Shown: positions 1 to 9,725 of the stretch, piece by piece
How the letters are laid out: the number at the start of each line of letters is the position of its first letter
Position numbering within the stretch: position 1 is the first letter of the stretch
DNA from: Acaryochloris thomasi RCC1774
GTDB lineage: Bacteria > Cyanobacteriota > Cyanobacteriia > Thermosynechococcales > Thermosynechococcaceae
Assembly (NCBI RefSeq): GCF_003231495.1
Contig: NZ_PQWO01000019.1
Span: forward strand, 41,899-73,898
DNA length: 32,000 nt
Direction of reading: 5' to 3'
Position numbers and translations under genes: made by a program
Notes under the pieces: model-generated
What the model saw: only the letters and a program-made list of their open reading frames with translations
The model's database searches: none
What the model was told of the DNA's origin: nothing

Positions 1-102
1 CTCGGCTGAAAACACCAGTTCAAAGTCAATAGCAGATTTGGAGTTAGAGATTCTGACAGGGTACACCCAACCAGGATCTGTAGATCAGTGAAGGTGGCGG
101 CT

Positions 103-462
103 TCAAGCGTCGGGTTTGCGGTTGTTCTGAGGAAGCTGTCGCTGGGTCGAAGACTGAGATTCTAGGGTTGTTGGAGCTGCTGTATGCAAACGATTCTCAA
201 GCCTCAATAACTCATTTTCAAGGCGTAATACTAAGTTCTCGCGCTCAAGCTTGGCTTCGTTGTGTCTAGATTCAGCTCGGACCTCATTTTCGCTAATTTT
301 TGCCTCGTTATCCCTGACGGTACGTGCCACTTGGTTCAGAATCTGCGCTAGCCTGTCCAAGTCCTCACGGATGCTCGTAATATCCTCTGAGTTCTTCTCT
401 ACGCGGCCTTGTAAACGTAGTAATTTTTGAATGAAGTCTTTAAGATCTGATGACCAGCTCAT
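103..462 (-). CDS. hypothetical coiled-coil protein (119 aa), no recognisable domain
   Basis: ATG-started ORF. Heptad-like, charged sequence (LERENLVLRLENELLRLENRL). Its ATG overlaps the stop of the upstream ORF as ATGA (459-462), implying translational coupling. Confidence 0.6.
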   Translation of the reverse strand: MSWSSDLKDFIQKLLRLQGRVEKNSEDITSIREDLDRLAQILNQVARTVRDNEAKISENEVRAESRHNEAKLERENLVLRLENELLRLENRLHTAAPTTLESQSSTQRQLPQNNRKPDA

Positions 463-1046
463 AGGTCTTTGACCAGTTCCTCAAGCTTGGTCAGGGTTGA
501 ATGTGTTGAATCAGCTAATTTCTGAGTCTGAAATTGATTGTTTAAGATGTACGCATCGCCTTCATTCACCAAAGCGCGAATAATCTCAAGTTCTTCTGAT
601 AGGGTTTCTTCATCGAGTTCTTCCCCGTCATCGTCTTTGTTAGGGTCAGGAATGCCGGATGATAGCTCACTAAGGGGTATTGCTTGCGATAGACCCTCAT
701 CATAAAATTCCCAAAACTCTGATGGCATATTTAGCTCTGCTTGCCTAACAATCTCTGCCCGCTTGGCTTCATCTACCATCGACAAAGAACGATACTCAGA
801 GCGTCTCAAAGCTCTGGTGATAGGAGTAACCAAGGGTCTCTCCACCAAGCAAAACATTGAGCCTATGGCCCAACTCGGAACAGGGCCTATTCTGGTAGTG
901 CGAAGTATTCGTGCTAGCTGAGAAGCAACATACTCACGCACTTCTGGAGTGATTGAAGAAGCGTCGATGTCTTCAGTCTTTTCATTCTGCGGAGCGTAAC
1001 GTTCAGATTCACTCATAGGGCCATTGTGCATAGCGTGGCTTGTCAA
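459..1046 (-). CDS. hypothetical protein (up to 195 aa) with an acidic C-terminal half, no recognisable domain
   Basis: Longest ORF starts at TTG 1046. In-frame ATGs at 1031 and 1016 are alternative starts. Acidic tract DPNKDDDGEELDEETLSEELE. 4-nt overlap with the downstream coiled-coil ORF. Confidence 0.6.
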   Translation of the reverse strand: MTSHAMHNGPMSESERYAPQNEKTEDIDASSITPEVREYVASQLARILRTTRIGPVPSWAIGSMFCLVERPLVTPITRALRRSEYRSLSMVDEAKRAEIVRQAELNMPSEFWEFYDEGLSQAIPLSELSSGIPDPNKDDDGEELDEETLSEELEIIRALVNEGDAYILNNQFQTQKLADSTHSTLTKLEELVKDL

Positions 1047-1192
1047 GCATAACTTATTCCCTTGTTGGTATTATCATCAGTGGTTCGGGACAAGAGCAGA
1101 CCCTTGACAGTGCCTCAACCATGCTCCAAGCAAGAGAAAGAAACGCTAAACTAGAAGCATGAAAGGGTTCGAGTACGAGCCAGGGGGTTCCC

Positions 1193-1504
1193 GTGACAAT
1201 TTCAAATCAATGGAGCAGCCCTCTGCTTTTTGCAGCTCTCCTGATCGGCGCGAGTGGAATACAGCCCGCCACGGCACAGAGAATCACTAATCCTGTCATT
1301 CAAGGCTTTTTAGGATCGCAAAACTCCAGGAAGTTCTTCAAACAAGGGCGCATCAAGCTAGAACAAGAAATTCAGCGGCTGGAACAGTTTGAGCAGATTT
1401 CGTTAGAGCAACTGCTGCAGGTGAATCCTGATGCCTCCATTGAGGACCAAGAGATTCAGGAACTGGAGTCGATGGGGCAACGGAAAAGAAAACGAGATCG
1501 CTAA
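1193..1504 (+). CDS. small secreted hypothetical protein (103 aa), E/Q-rich
   Basis: GTG start preceded by AGGGGG about 6 nt upstream. N-terminal signal-peptide-like segment (LLFAALLIGASGIQPATAQ). E/Q-rich helical remainder and basic tail. Confidence 0.5.
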   Translation: MTISNQWSSPLLFAALLIGASGIQPATAQRITNPVIQGFLGSQNSRKFFKQGRIKLEQEIQRLEQFEQISLEQLLQVNPDASIEDQEIQELESMGQRKRKRDR

Positions 1505-1506
1505 TC

Positions 1507-2010
1507 TCAGCGGTCCACCAAGCTTGTATTTTTCAACGGCTGTGATGGAGAAGAGCTGGCGGATGGGTGTACGGCTTTGGCTTTCCTTTGACTCTCTACC
1601 AAGATCATTTTTAGCTCCTTCAAGACCCGGTCTTGCTCTTGCTTCGCCATCTCTAGCTGATTCAAGGCAATCAGTAGTCGCTCTTGCAAATTATCTTCTG
1701 TCTCCACCTTGCGCTTTCGACTCGGAGACTTAAGGGTCATCGTCGGCAAACTTAGAGACTTTGAAGACTTTGCCAATAGCCACTGGAGCAGCAAATAGGG
1801 AGACTTCACGATCAGCAGTAAAAGCCGCTTGATCACATTACTCACTAAGCCTAGAATCCCCTGGACCAGGACCAGCAACACAACAATTGCAACCACCATC
1901 ACGAGGGGATGCGCCACCCACCAGGTGAGGTTGAGATAGGGCGCTGCCCCCTGATCTATCCAGCGATCTAAAGAGGGCTGAAATAGATTTTCAGCAACAG
2001 GCTGTTTCAT
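1507..2010 (-). CDS. hypothetical membrane protein with C-terminal coiled-coil segment
   Basis: ATG at 2010 (the track ORF begins one codon earlier at TTG 2013). Hydrophobic helix VMVVAIVVLLVLVQGILGLV. Starts 18 nt downstream of the cruA-like gene on the same strand. Confidence 0.55.
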   Translation of the reverse strand: MKQPVAENLFQPSLDRWIDQGAAPYLNLTWWVAHPLVMVVAIVVLLVLVQGILGLVSNVIKRLLLLIVKSPYLLLQWLLAKSSKSLSLPTMTLKSPSRKRKVETEDNLQERLLIALNQLEMAKQEQDRVLKELKMILVESQRKAKAVHPSASSSPSQPLKNTSLVDR

Positions 2011-2028
2011 CAAAGATTCTCTTCGCGG

Positions 2029-4146
2029 CTAAAGCGAAACCTCCGAGACCGTCTGAGAGACATTGGTCTCTGTCGCTGCAGGAGCAGAGGGCAAGCGCAG
2101 CTGCAGCCGAGGCCGTCCCATACCGTAGGTAAGGCGATAGCTCCAGGCTAATAAACGGTGCCAGAGTCTCGGCCAGCGAGCGACCATCGGATCTTGCCAG
2201 CGCAGCAGTAGCTCAGGCAACCACCCTCCAAACAGAAACGACATTAGGCTCGCCCAGGTAAAGGTGATATAGGTACCGACCCAGCGGGAAAAATCAGTCC
2301 ACCCCATCGACTGCACTACCCAAATCGGAATCATGGGATTACGCCAGCCCGCAATCAGAGCATTGCGAGTCATAAAGGACCAGCTGCCGCGATCTTTAAT
2401 AAAGTCATCAACTTCCTGCGGAGATTCTTCAGTCAATACCCCGAAGAATGTGTTTAAAGTTGAATTGATCCAGTTGGGGGACAGCTTTGAATTCGGGGGC
2501 ACCATCATGCCGCGCGAGAAAATCCAGGTGACGGCGAGGTTATCTTGATAGGCGTTGATGCGGCTGAGATCTTTGCCGGTCAGCAGATCGTGCTGGAGTG
2601 CGATGTCGAGCAGATGCGTGACGCGGGGTAGGTTGCGAACCAAAGAGCCAAAGCCGGTAAAGATCAGGGGCGAGCTGAGGGAGGCTGAGTCGCCGATCGA
2701 GAGGATGCGATCGCAACCCGGCGGTCGGTCCCCCGCATTCCGGCTAAAGCGCCCAGGAATATAGCCAAAGGCCGCCTTACGCCACTCAAGCCGTTCTAAA
2801 TCACACCGTCGATACTCAGGCAAACAATGGAAGAAGTCCTCAAATAGCTCTAGTAGAGAACCAGGATTATCGGGCCTAATCTGGTGGTAGTAGAACAGAT
2901 AAATCGTCAAATCCTGCTCATGGCCCGGGAACATCTCCCAGATTAGCTGCCGTCCCCGACTTATATCTCCATTGGTGAGCAAAGGTTCACCATAGTCATG
3001 ATCCCAGACCCCAGGGGCAAACCCATTTTTGACAACGCCACCGATCGTTGGACACACACTGTCAAAAGCCTGTCCCGGATTCATCTGCTGAGCAATCCGG
3101 GACGCCGTGCCCATGGCATCAATGAGTAACCGAGATTCCAGGTGCATCACCTGATCGGTCTCTAGATTTCTGGCCCGAATCGTGACCTTATCGTCTTCTA
3201 AGTAAGCCTGCTCGAACTCAGTCAGCTCCAGAATCTGTCCACCCGCCGCGACCAGCTTCTCACCACAGAGCTGCAGGAGGCGATCGCAATCCATTGCAAT
3301 ATTGAGCACCGTTGGTGTCGTCAGCACAGGTGCTCTAGCATTGGGGGCATTATTGCCGCTAAAGAACAAATTAAAATTATCGCGGTACTCCCGAGCAATG
3401 AGGCTTTCGAGCTCAGCCACAGTCAGCAAACCCACATCAACCAGCGTCTGCAGCTCCGTGCGCGAAATATTCCACTCCCGATTCATGCGACCGAACTTAA
3501 TGCGCTCGACAAGGGCCACTCGATAGCCCAAACGCGCCAACATCGCCCCACTCAGAACGCCAAGCGCCCCGCCGACAATCACTACATCCCAGACTGAATC
3601 AGGCGTTTTGACCACAGGGGCCTGCTGCACAATAGGGAGATCTTGATCAGGTCCAGTATCAAAACTTTTGCCAACTTCATGTCGCCATCGTTTTTCCCAC
3701 CAGTAAGCCCGCTGCAGATCTGCCTCACCGTTAGGAATAGCCTGAAAATACTTCGCGGTCAGAGGATAGTGAGGCTGGAGAGCTGCAAAAATATCAGTTT
3801 GACTCAAGTCAATTTCTGGGAAAGTCTGAAGCTTCTGAGGGAAAGCCTCTCGCAGATTTTTGACAAGCGTGTCAAGCACCTGTGCCTGATTTGAAACGGG
3901 CCGTTCTGACCACTGATTCGCCTTTACATAAGTCGTCCGTAGATGCTGCCAAGCATAGAAGACCACCGCACTGTCCTGATCTTGGATTTTAAGTCCGGTA
4001 GAGGTAGGACTCAGCGTCACACTAGGCTTTAGATTGAGCTGCAGAACACAAGACTCTGAGCCAGCAGTAGAACACTGCAAATGCAGCCAGCGATGTACAG
4101 CATCTGTATCGGGAGTAGGAATTTCAAGATATAAAAGTTGTTTCAT
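2029..4146 (-). CDS. FAD-dependent oxidoreductase, CruA/CruP lycopene-cyclase-family-like
   Basis: Rossmann FAD motif VVIVGGALGVLSGAMLARLGYRVALVE about 190 aa from the N-terminus. GDSASLSSPLIFTGFG motif. Hydrophobic Trp-rich C-terminus. ATG at 4146 preferred over TTG 4158. The family assignment is from memory of CruA/CruP architecture. Confidence 0.6.
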   Translation of the reverse strand: MKQLLYLEIPTPDTDAVHRWLHLQCSTAGSESCVLQLNLKPSVTLSPTSTGLKIQDQDSAVVFYAWQHLRTTYVKANQWSERPVSNQAQVLDTLVKNLREAFPQKLQTFPEIDLSQTDIFAALQPHYPLTAKYFQAIPNGEADLQRAYWWEKRWRHEVGKSFDTGPDQDLPIVQQAPVVKTPDSVWDVVIVGGALGVLSGAMLARLGYRVALVERIKFGRMNREWNISRTELQTLVDVGLLTVAELESLIAREYRDNFNLFFSGNNAPNARAPVLTTPTVLNIAMDCDRLLQLCGEKLVAAGGQILELTEFEQAYLEDDKVTIRARNLETDQVMHLESRLLIDAMGTASRIAQQMNPGQAFDSVCPTIGGVVKNGFAPGVWDHDYGEPLLTNGDISRGRQLIWEMFPGHEQDLTIYLFYYHQIRPDNPGSLLELFEDFFHCLPEYRRCDLERLEWRKAAFGYIPGRFSRNAGDRPPGCDRILSIGDSASLSSPLIFTGFGSLVRNLPRVTHLLDIALQHDLLTGKDLSRINAYQDNLAVTWIFSRGMMVPPNSKLSPNWINSTLNTFFGVLTEESPQEVDDFIKDRGSWSFMTRNALIAGWRNPMIPIWVVQSMGWTDFSRWVGTYITFTWASLMSFLFGGWLPELLLRWQDPMVARWPRLWHRLLAWSYRLTYGMGRPRLQLRLPSAPAATETNVSQTVSEVSL

Positions 4147-4370
4147 CAGCTTAAGCAATGTCTAAGCTGCGCTGTAGTTACGGGCATAGGGGGCTTAGCA
4201 GCCAGAACCTTGACCTCTAAAGTGTAGATTCAAACAACGTGAAGCAGCTTAGGAAACGTTTGATTAATAATCTAATGCTAAGCATATCGTGGCCTGGGTC
4301 ATTTCCGGTGACGTCGAGGGCAGGTTACACTCATGTCTATTGACCGCTGGTCTTCCATCCCCCCGTAAAT

Positions 4371-5663
4371 ATGTCATTTGAACCCCTCGGTCTGTCCGCC
4401 GAACTCCTCCGCGCTATTGCAGACCAAGGCTATAGCACCCCTACCCCTATTCAAACTCAAGCCATTCCCGTGATTTTAGAGGGAAAAGATGTTTTAGCAG
4501 GTGCCCAAACCGGAACCGGCAAAACGGCAGGCTTTACCCTGCCGCTCCTTCAACGATTGAGCAAACCCACAGGCCCCCGGCATCGCAGATTCGTGCGGGC
4601 CTTAATCCTGACGCCAACACGTGAACTCGCAGCTCAGGTGAGTGAAAGCGTAAAGATCTATGGCAAATATTTATCCTTGCGTTCCACCGTGATCTTTGGC
4701 GGCGTCAGCATCAACCCCCAGATTACGCGACTGCGGAATGGCGTTGATATTCTAGTAGCCACCCCCGGACGACTCTTAGATCACGTAGGCCGCAATACCG
4801 TTGATCTTTCCAAGCTGGAGGTTTTAGTCTTAGACGAAGCCGATCGCATGTTAGATATGGGCTTCATTCACGACATTCGCAAGGTCTTAGCGCTGCTGCC
4901 ACCGACCCGTCAGAATCTACTCTTTTCAGCGACATTCTCCAGAGAAATTCAGTCGCTGGCTAACGGCCTACTAGAGTCTCCTACGCTCATTGAAGTGGCC
5001 CGCCGCAATACAGCCGCAGAGAGCGTTTCGCAAACCATACATCCCGTAGACAGCAAACGCAAACGAGAGCTGTTATCTTTTTTAATTGGCTCACGTAACT
5101 GGCAGCAGGTCTTGGTGTTCACACGTACTAAACATGGTGCCAATCGTCTAGCGCAGCAGCTTGAGAAAGATGGCATCACGACTGCAGCCATCCACGGCAA
5201 CAAGAGTCAAGGTGCTCGCACGAGAGCACTCGCGAACTTTAAGCAGGGCAGTGTGCGTGTGCTGGTGGCAACCGATATTGCGGCGCGAGGGCTAGATATT
5301 GATCAACTGCCCCATGTGGTCAATTTTGACCTGCCCAACGTGCCAGAAGACTATGTCCATCGCATTGGTCGTACCGGGCGGGCGGGCAACGAAGGCCAGG
5401 CCGTTTCGCTAGTTTGCGTCGATGAGCACAAGTTTCTCAGGGATATTGAGCGGTTGATCAAACGCAATATCGATCGCGAGACGATTCCTGGTTATGAACC
5501 GGACCCATCGATCAAGCCCGTCCCGATTCAGACCGGTCGCAGTAACAGGCCCTCAGGAGGCAAGAAAAACCGCCGCCCACGTTCCAAAAAGTCACGAGGG
5601 CCAGAAGCAGCGGGCCGCAAGTCTCAACAACCGCCTCGCCCGCGAAAACGCCAATCCAAGTGA
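4371..5663 (+). CDS. rhlE: ATP-dependent DEAD-box RNA helicase RhlE
   Basis: Q-motif/Walker [13 protein letters not shown] box (VLDEADRM), [13 protein letters not shown], and a basic R/K-rich C-terminal tail. Near-collinear with E. coli RhlE as I recall it (MSF..LGLS start, YEPDPSIK). Confidence 0.9.
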   Translation: MSFEPLGLSAELLRAIADQGYSTPTPIQTQAIPVILEGKDVLAGAQTGTGKTAGFTLPLLQRLSKPTGPRHRRFVRALILTPTRELAAQVSESVKIYGKYLSLRSTVIFGGVSINPQITRLRNGVDILVATPGRLLDHVGRNTVDLSKLEVLVLDEADRMLDMGFIHDIRKVLALLPPTRQNLLFSATFSREIQSLANGLLESPTLIEVARRNTAAESVSQTIHPVDSKRKRELLSFLIGSRNWQQVLVFTRTKHGANRLAQQLEKDGITTAAIHGNKSQGARTRALANFKQGSVRVLVATDIAARGLDIDQLPHVVNFDLPNVPEDYVHRIGRTGRAGNEGQAVSLVCVDEHKFLRDIERLIKRNIDRETIPGYEPDPSIKPVPIQTGRSNRPSGGKKNRRPRSKKSRGPEAAGRKSQQPPRPRKRQSK

Positions 5664-5731
5664 GGCTTCAAGTTTGAGCCACTTTCAGCAGCCCCGCAAC
5701 CAAACGCAGAGCCTCCAGGCAAAAGCCGAGC

Positions 5732-6601
5732 TCAGCGATAAAGACTCAGCATCGACTGAAACGTTGCAGTGTCAAAGCTGCGGGGATCTGCGCGATTACC
5801 CGAGCGATCAACCTCTCGATGGGTGGTAACCCGGCTGTCAGGAACCCCAGTTCTCGCAACCAGCCAAGCCAAAGACTGATACTGCGCTTGCGTATAGCCA
5901 GAATGTACGGCATTCTTACTCTCGCGGCCATCAGGCGGCGTTTCAAAGGAAATATGATAGGCGAAGTTATTCACTGAAGGAGGCAAGTCAGGATTCGTTT
6001 TGACCGTTTCTATGCCGCGATCGCCCTCAAAGACTGAGTTCCCTGCCCCATAGGCCCGCTTCTCTGGCGGCACCAAATAAATCACCGTTCCATCAGCCCA
6101 GATTAGGGCATGGTAGCTCACTTGGTCTGCATCATTGAGATGTGGGGTCTGGAAATGATTGACCGCACTCATGCCAGATCCGACTGTTTCGTGCAGAACG
6201 ATAATCCAATCATTGTCAACGGGCTGACCTTGAGCATTTTGTGCATACCGTTCACCATAGTTACTAGGATGCACCTCCGCCTGATATTGGGGAGGCTGGT
6301 AGCCGCTGTTGCTCGCTGAGGAAGGAGCAGGTACTGGGGAAGGCACAACAGGGGAAGGGGGTGACACAGATTCTGGATTGGCCGTCACGTAATCTTGTAC
6401 AGGGGGAGCCGCGTCAGAAGCGGAGGTCACATTCGTGAATGATTCAGCCTGGGCCTGTTGCAGATCAACGGATTCAGGTGGCGATCGCAACAGATCCAGA
6501 GAGTCATTATTGCGCAGGCCAAACGCCGCAGTAACTACGCCGGTAATTGTGAGGACAACAACAATAAACAGAATATTTTGCTTCAATGCTGCATCCTCCA
6601 T
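5732..6601 (-). CDS. membrane-anchored N-acetylmuramoyl-L-alanine amidase (Amidase_2/PGRP domain)
   Basis: N-terminal TM helix (ILFIVVVLTITGVVTAAFG) and a Pro-rich linker. C-terminal Amidase_2-like region (IVLHETVG..., AYGAG, VTTHREVD...ADP). Confidence 0.8.
   Translation of the reverse strand: MEDAALKQNILFIVVVLTITGVVTAAFGLRNNDSLDLLRSPPESVDLQQAQAESFTNVTSASDAAPPVQDYVTANPESVSPPSPVVPSPVPAPSSASNSGYQPPQYQAEVHPSNYGERYAQNAQGQPVDNDWIIVLHETVGSGMSAVNHFQTPHLNDADQVSYHALIWADGTVIYLVPPEKRAYGAGNSVFEGDRGIETVKTNPDLPPSVNNFAYHISFETPPDGRESKNAVHSGYTQAQYQSLAWLVARTGVPDSRVTTHREVDRSGNRADPRSFDTATFQSMLSLYR
6481..6488. repeat. HIP1 octamer GCGATCGC (representative copy of 15 in the window)
   Basis: Exact copies start at 2707, 3280, 6017, 6481, 9118, 11476, 15172, 17494, 18690, 19948, 20417, 20900, 21767, 25972 and 30081 (manual scan). 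About 0.5 copies are expected for a random 8-mer in 32 kb. Confidence 0.85.
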
Positions 6602-7284
6602 TAGCGCCGCTGCTGGATATCTAGACCATGCGTATCCGTCCCACAGGTCTGTAGCAGATCATATTGCTCAGCCAGCTGCTGTACCAAACGCGTCTGAACA
6701 GGGCTGGGCCGCCAAGGATCGTTAGATTTATAGCAATAGTAGGTTTCAAGGCCATCAATGCCTAGCGCCACAGCCGCAACCGTCAGATCTTCAGGGGACT
6801 TTCTGTAGCGAACCGGATGAGCCAGCACGGCCAGCCCCCCACTGCGATGGATGGCATTGATCACGGACTCAGCCTGTCCCAGCTCACCCTCGACTCTGTG
6901 GCCCTGCAGGTAAGGCTGTAGGGCAGGGGTTTCAGCCTCAAACCCATAGGCCAAAACGTGAACCTCTGTCTGCGCCAGCCGAGCGGTAATTTCTACCCCT
7001 ATCCACAAGTGCGGCAGCACTTGGTCAACTGGCTGATGCTGGAGCCATTGAGCAGCGGCTTGATACCCTTCAATAGAATGGTGATCCGTAATCGCAAGCC
7101 CCTCAAGCTTGAGCATGGTAGCCTGCTCCATCAGGGCCTCTGGCGGGAGCTGACCATCTGAGCAGCAGGTATGGAGATGAAAGTTATACCGATAGGGACA
7201 GCTCTGCCCATCAATCGTCTGAAAAATATCCACCAGCGAGGGTTGAGCTGCCTGAAAGGCGTCGATAACAGCAATGGAGGACAT
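6601..7284 (-). CDS. PHP-domain metal-dependent phosphoesterase (TrpH/YciV-like)
   Basis: FHLHTCCSDG and AITDHH motifs typical of the PHP fold. The stop overlaps the amidase ATG by 1 nt (TAATG). Confidence 0.8.
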   Translation of the reverse strand: MSSIAVIDAFQAAQPSLVDIFQTIDGQSCPYRYNFHLHTCCSDGQLPPEALMEQATMLKLEGLAITDHHSIEGYQAAAQWLQHQPVDQVLPHLWIGVEITARLAQTEVHVLAYGFEAETPALQPYLQGHRVEGELGQAESVINAIHRSGGLAVLAHPVRYRKSPEDLTVAAVALGIDGLETYYCYKSNDPWRPSPVQTRLVQQLAEQYDLLQTCGTDTHGLDIQQRR

Positions 7285-7367
7285 CTCTAGACCCTAAAAT
7301 CTTGCAACCTAACTATATCTCAACGATTCTGCAGCCTGCTTGAGGTTCCTGAGGTTCAGAGCAAACA

Positions 7368-8174
7368 TTAAGCCTCTGACCCCGAAGAAGACGCATCAGG
7401 GGCTGGGACGAGGTAAGCAGCCAAAGCACCAACAAGGAACCCAGCGATATTGCGGGCCAACGGCAGCCACTCAGAGGTGCGACTCACCACAGGGCCAATC
7501 CCGAAGGAAAAGAATAGGATGCCCCACAGCGGCGAAAAAATCAGTGCCCATTGCCAAGCAAAGACCTGTCCCTCTTTGCGAGGGTGGGCCGCAAAGCCAC
7601 AAATAGCGCCCCCCAAGATAGAGGCCACGAAGGTCAATACCCACTGTTCCTGAGGAATTCCTGGAACCGCATTGCAGCCGCCTCGCTCCAAACAGAGCTG
7701 CACAGAATCAAGGGCCTGAATAATGGCCTGGTCTTCTCCGTTATCGCGGACAAAATACTGATTACCAAAACGGGTCTGTAGCTCAATCCAGAAGGTGCGG
7801 GGCAAGAGCTGATAGACATCATCACCAATATTGAAATTGAGAATATTGCCGCCCCGGGTGTCCTCCACAAGTACGACACTCTTATCGTTCAGTCCCCAGA
7901 AGTTTTTAACCGCTCGCCCCGGTGTCTGATCATACTGGGTCAAAACTCGGAGCTTCCAGCCCGTTTCTTGCTCGAATGCATCGAGTTTGTTGGCAAGATT
8001 CTCGCGCTGCAGGGTGGTGAGAGACTGAGCTAAATCAATAACTGCAGTAGGCTCATCCGGCAACAGGTCAGGATTATCAAAGGCCAGAGCAGGCGGCGCT
8101 GGGAACCAAACGCTGACGGTAATCAAGAGTCCAAGACAGAGGCTAAATAAGCGATTTGTTAAAGGTTGTTTCAT
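7368..8174 (-). CDS. TPM-domain-like protein with signal peptide and C-terminal multi-TM region
   Basis: ATG at 8174 gives a signal peptide ending PPALA|F. The central region resembles TPM/Psb32-type lumenal domains. The C-terminus has several hydrophobic helices. The track ORF extends to TTG 8195. Confidence 0.6.
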   Translation of the reverse strand: MKQPLTNRLFSLCLGLLITVSVWFPAPPALAFDNPDLLPDEPTAVIDLAQSLTTLQRENLANKLDAFEQETGWKLRVLTQYDQTPGRAVKNFWGLNDKSVVLVEDTRGGNILNFNIGDDVYQLLPRTFWIELQTRFGNQYFVRDNGEDQAIIQALDSVQLCLERGGCNAVPGIPQEQWVLTFVASILGGAICGFAAHPRKEGQVFAWQWALIFSPLWGILFFSFGIGPVVSRTSEWLPLARNIAGFLVGALAAYLVPAPDASSSGSEA

Positions 8175-8643
8175 TGAATTAGCGTAAATGGGCAACAGCT
8201 CAAGGCTGAGGAGCGGTAATTAGTTAAAGAATCTTAACAGTCGGTTAATTTATCTTCAATAATAAGACGAATTTAGGGGGCTGGCTATTTTATGTGATCC
8301 CTCTAGAGCCAGAGTGGGTACCCTACTGGGCAACAAGGTTCTATTTTCGCTACCACAATGAAACATTAGAGTGGCGAAATCAGTCATCTACTCACAGGAG
8401 GAGAACACCCCTAAAGCATTACGGTTATTGGCACCCATAGGGCTTTGTCAGAATCGAATAGGATGACCTATGATTAAAGGGCAAACTCATACTGACTTCG
8501 CCTTTAGGGAGGAGGTCAGGGAAGTGCAAAATTCAGTCCTACGGCTAAAGGAGCTCCCGGTTGACTTAGAGACACCATAACGACCTATTGAGGAAGCCTC
8601 TTGCTTCCTAGTTGTTGAACCCGACTGTTTGAGGGGAACCTAA

Positions 8644-9627
8644 ATGCCAAAAGTAAAACGTGAAACAAAGCCCAAAAATGCCCTAGCCGGGACAGATATG
8701 GTGCGCACTTATCTGCATGAGATCGGTCGCGTACCGCTGCTGACCCACGAGCAAGAGATTATTTTTGGTAAGCAGGTTCAGAAGCTGATGGCCCTCATGC
8801 AGCTACAGAAGGATTTGGTTGAGTCTTTGGACCGTGAGCCGACGTTAGCAGAATGGTCCAAGAAGGCCGAAACGAGCGAAGCGGATCTGTCGATGACGCT
8901 GCAGCAGGGCAAACATGCCAAGCAAAAAATGATTGAGGCCAATCTTCGTCTGGTGGTGTCGGTAGCGAAGAAGTACCAAAAGCGCAATCTGGAGCTGCTG
9001 GATTTAATTCAAGAAGGAACGCTGGGTCTTGAGCGCGGTGTCGAGAAGTTTGATCCGATGCGGGGCTATAAGTTCTCAACCTATGCTTACTGGTGGATTC
9101 GGCAGGCGATTACTCGTGCGATCGCACAGCAGGCCCGCACCATCCGGCTACCGATCCACATTACTGAGAAGCTCAACAAAATCAAAAAAGCCCAGCGAGA
9201 GCTATCGCAGCGACTGGGCCGCAGTGCCACACCCGCAGAAATTGCCAAGGAGCTGGAATTAGAACCCGCGCAGATTCGTGAATATCTCACCATTGCGCGA
9301 CAGCCTATTTCTCTTGATTTGCGCGTCGGTGACAACCAAGATACCGAGCTGCGCGATCTATTAGAAGATGATGGGCAATCGCCAGAGCAGTTTACCGCAG
9401 GCGAAGCACTTAAAGATGATATGTCTCAGTTGCTGGCAGAGCTAACGCCCCAGCAGCAGGAAGTTTTGACGCTGCGATTCGGATTAGACAACGGTAAGGA
9501 ATTATCGTTAGCGAAGGTGGGTCAGCGCTTGAGCCTCAGCCGTGAGCGGGTACGTCAGCTAGAGCGGCAGGCGCTCGATCAGCTCCGTCGTCGGAAGACA
9601 CGAGTGCGCGAATATCTCGCCAGTTAA
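8644..9627 (+). CDS. RNA polymerase sigma-70 factor, group 2 (SigB/D-like)
   Basis: Region 2 ([28 protein letters not shown]), region 3, and region 4.2 HTH ([16 protein letters not shown]). At 327 aa with no long region 1.1, it fits group 2. Confidence 0.9.
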   Translation: MPKVKRETKPKNALAGTDMVRTYLHEIGRVPLLTHEQEIIFGKQVQKLMALMQLQKDLVESLDREPTLAEWSKKAETSEADLSMTLQQGKHAKQKMIEANLRLVVSVAKKYQKRNLELLDLIQEGTLGLERGVEKFDPMRGYKFSTYAYWWIRQAITRAIAQQARTIRLPIHITEKLNKIKKAQRELSQRLGRSATPAEIAKELELEPAQIREYLTIARQPISLDLRVGDNQDTELRDLLEDDGQSPEQFTAGEALKDDMSQLLAELTPQQQEVLTLRFGLDNGKELSLAKVGQRLSLSRERVRQLERQALDQLRRRKTRVREYLAS

Positions 9628-9657
9628 GCTTCAAACTCTCTAAATAGAACGAAGATT

Positions 9658-9690
9658 TCCCCTTGTGGTGACCCGCAAGGGGATTCTTTT
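9658..9690 (+). terminator. Rho-independent terminator downstream of the sigma factor gene
   Basis: 8-bp stem TCCCCTTG (9658-9665) / CAAGGGGA (9676-9683), 10-nt loop, followed by TTCTTTT. Confidence 0.7.
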
Positions 9691-9725
9691 AAAGCAGATG
9701 ACCAACGATGTATATTTGAACCCCC

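Noticed and set aside
1431-1733. 100-aa plus-strand ORF spanning the convergent gene junction
   Set aside because: It overlaps both the 103-aa secreted-protein gene (different frame) and the 168-aa membrane-protein gene (antisense). Its sequence is low-complexity.
5494-5829. 111-aa ORF overlapping the rhlE 3' end in another frame
   Set aside because: It overlaps the helicase's well-supported basic tail and the convergent amidase gene. It has no motif or independent start signal.
7340-7879. Several 67-88-aa ORFs on both strands within the TPM-domain gene
   Set aside because: They are alternative-frame or antisense ORFs inside a longer ORF that has a signal peptide and TM helices. Their R/P/S-rich composition is typical of out-of-frame translation.
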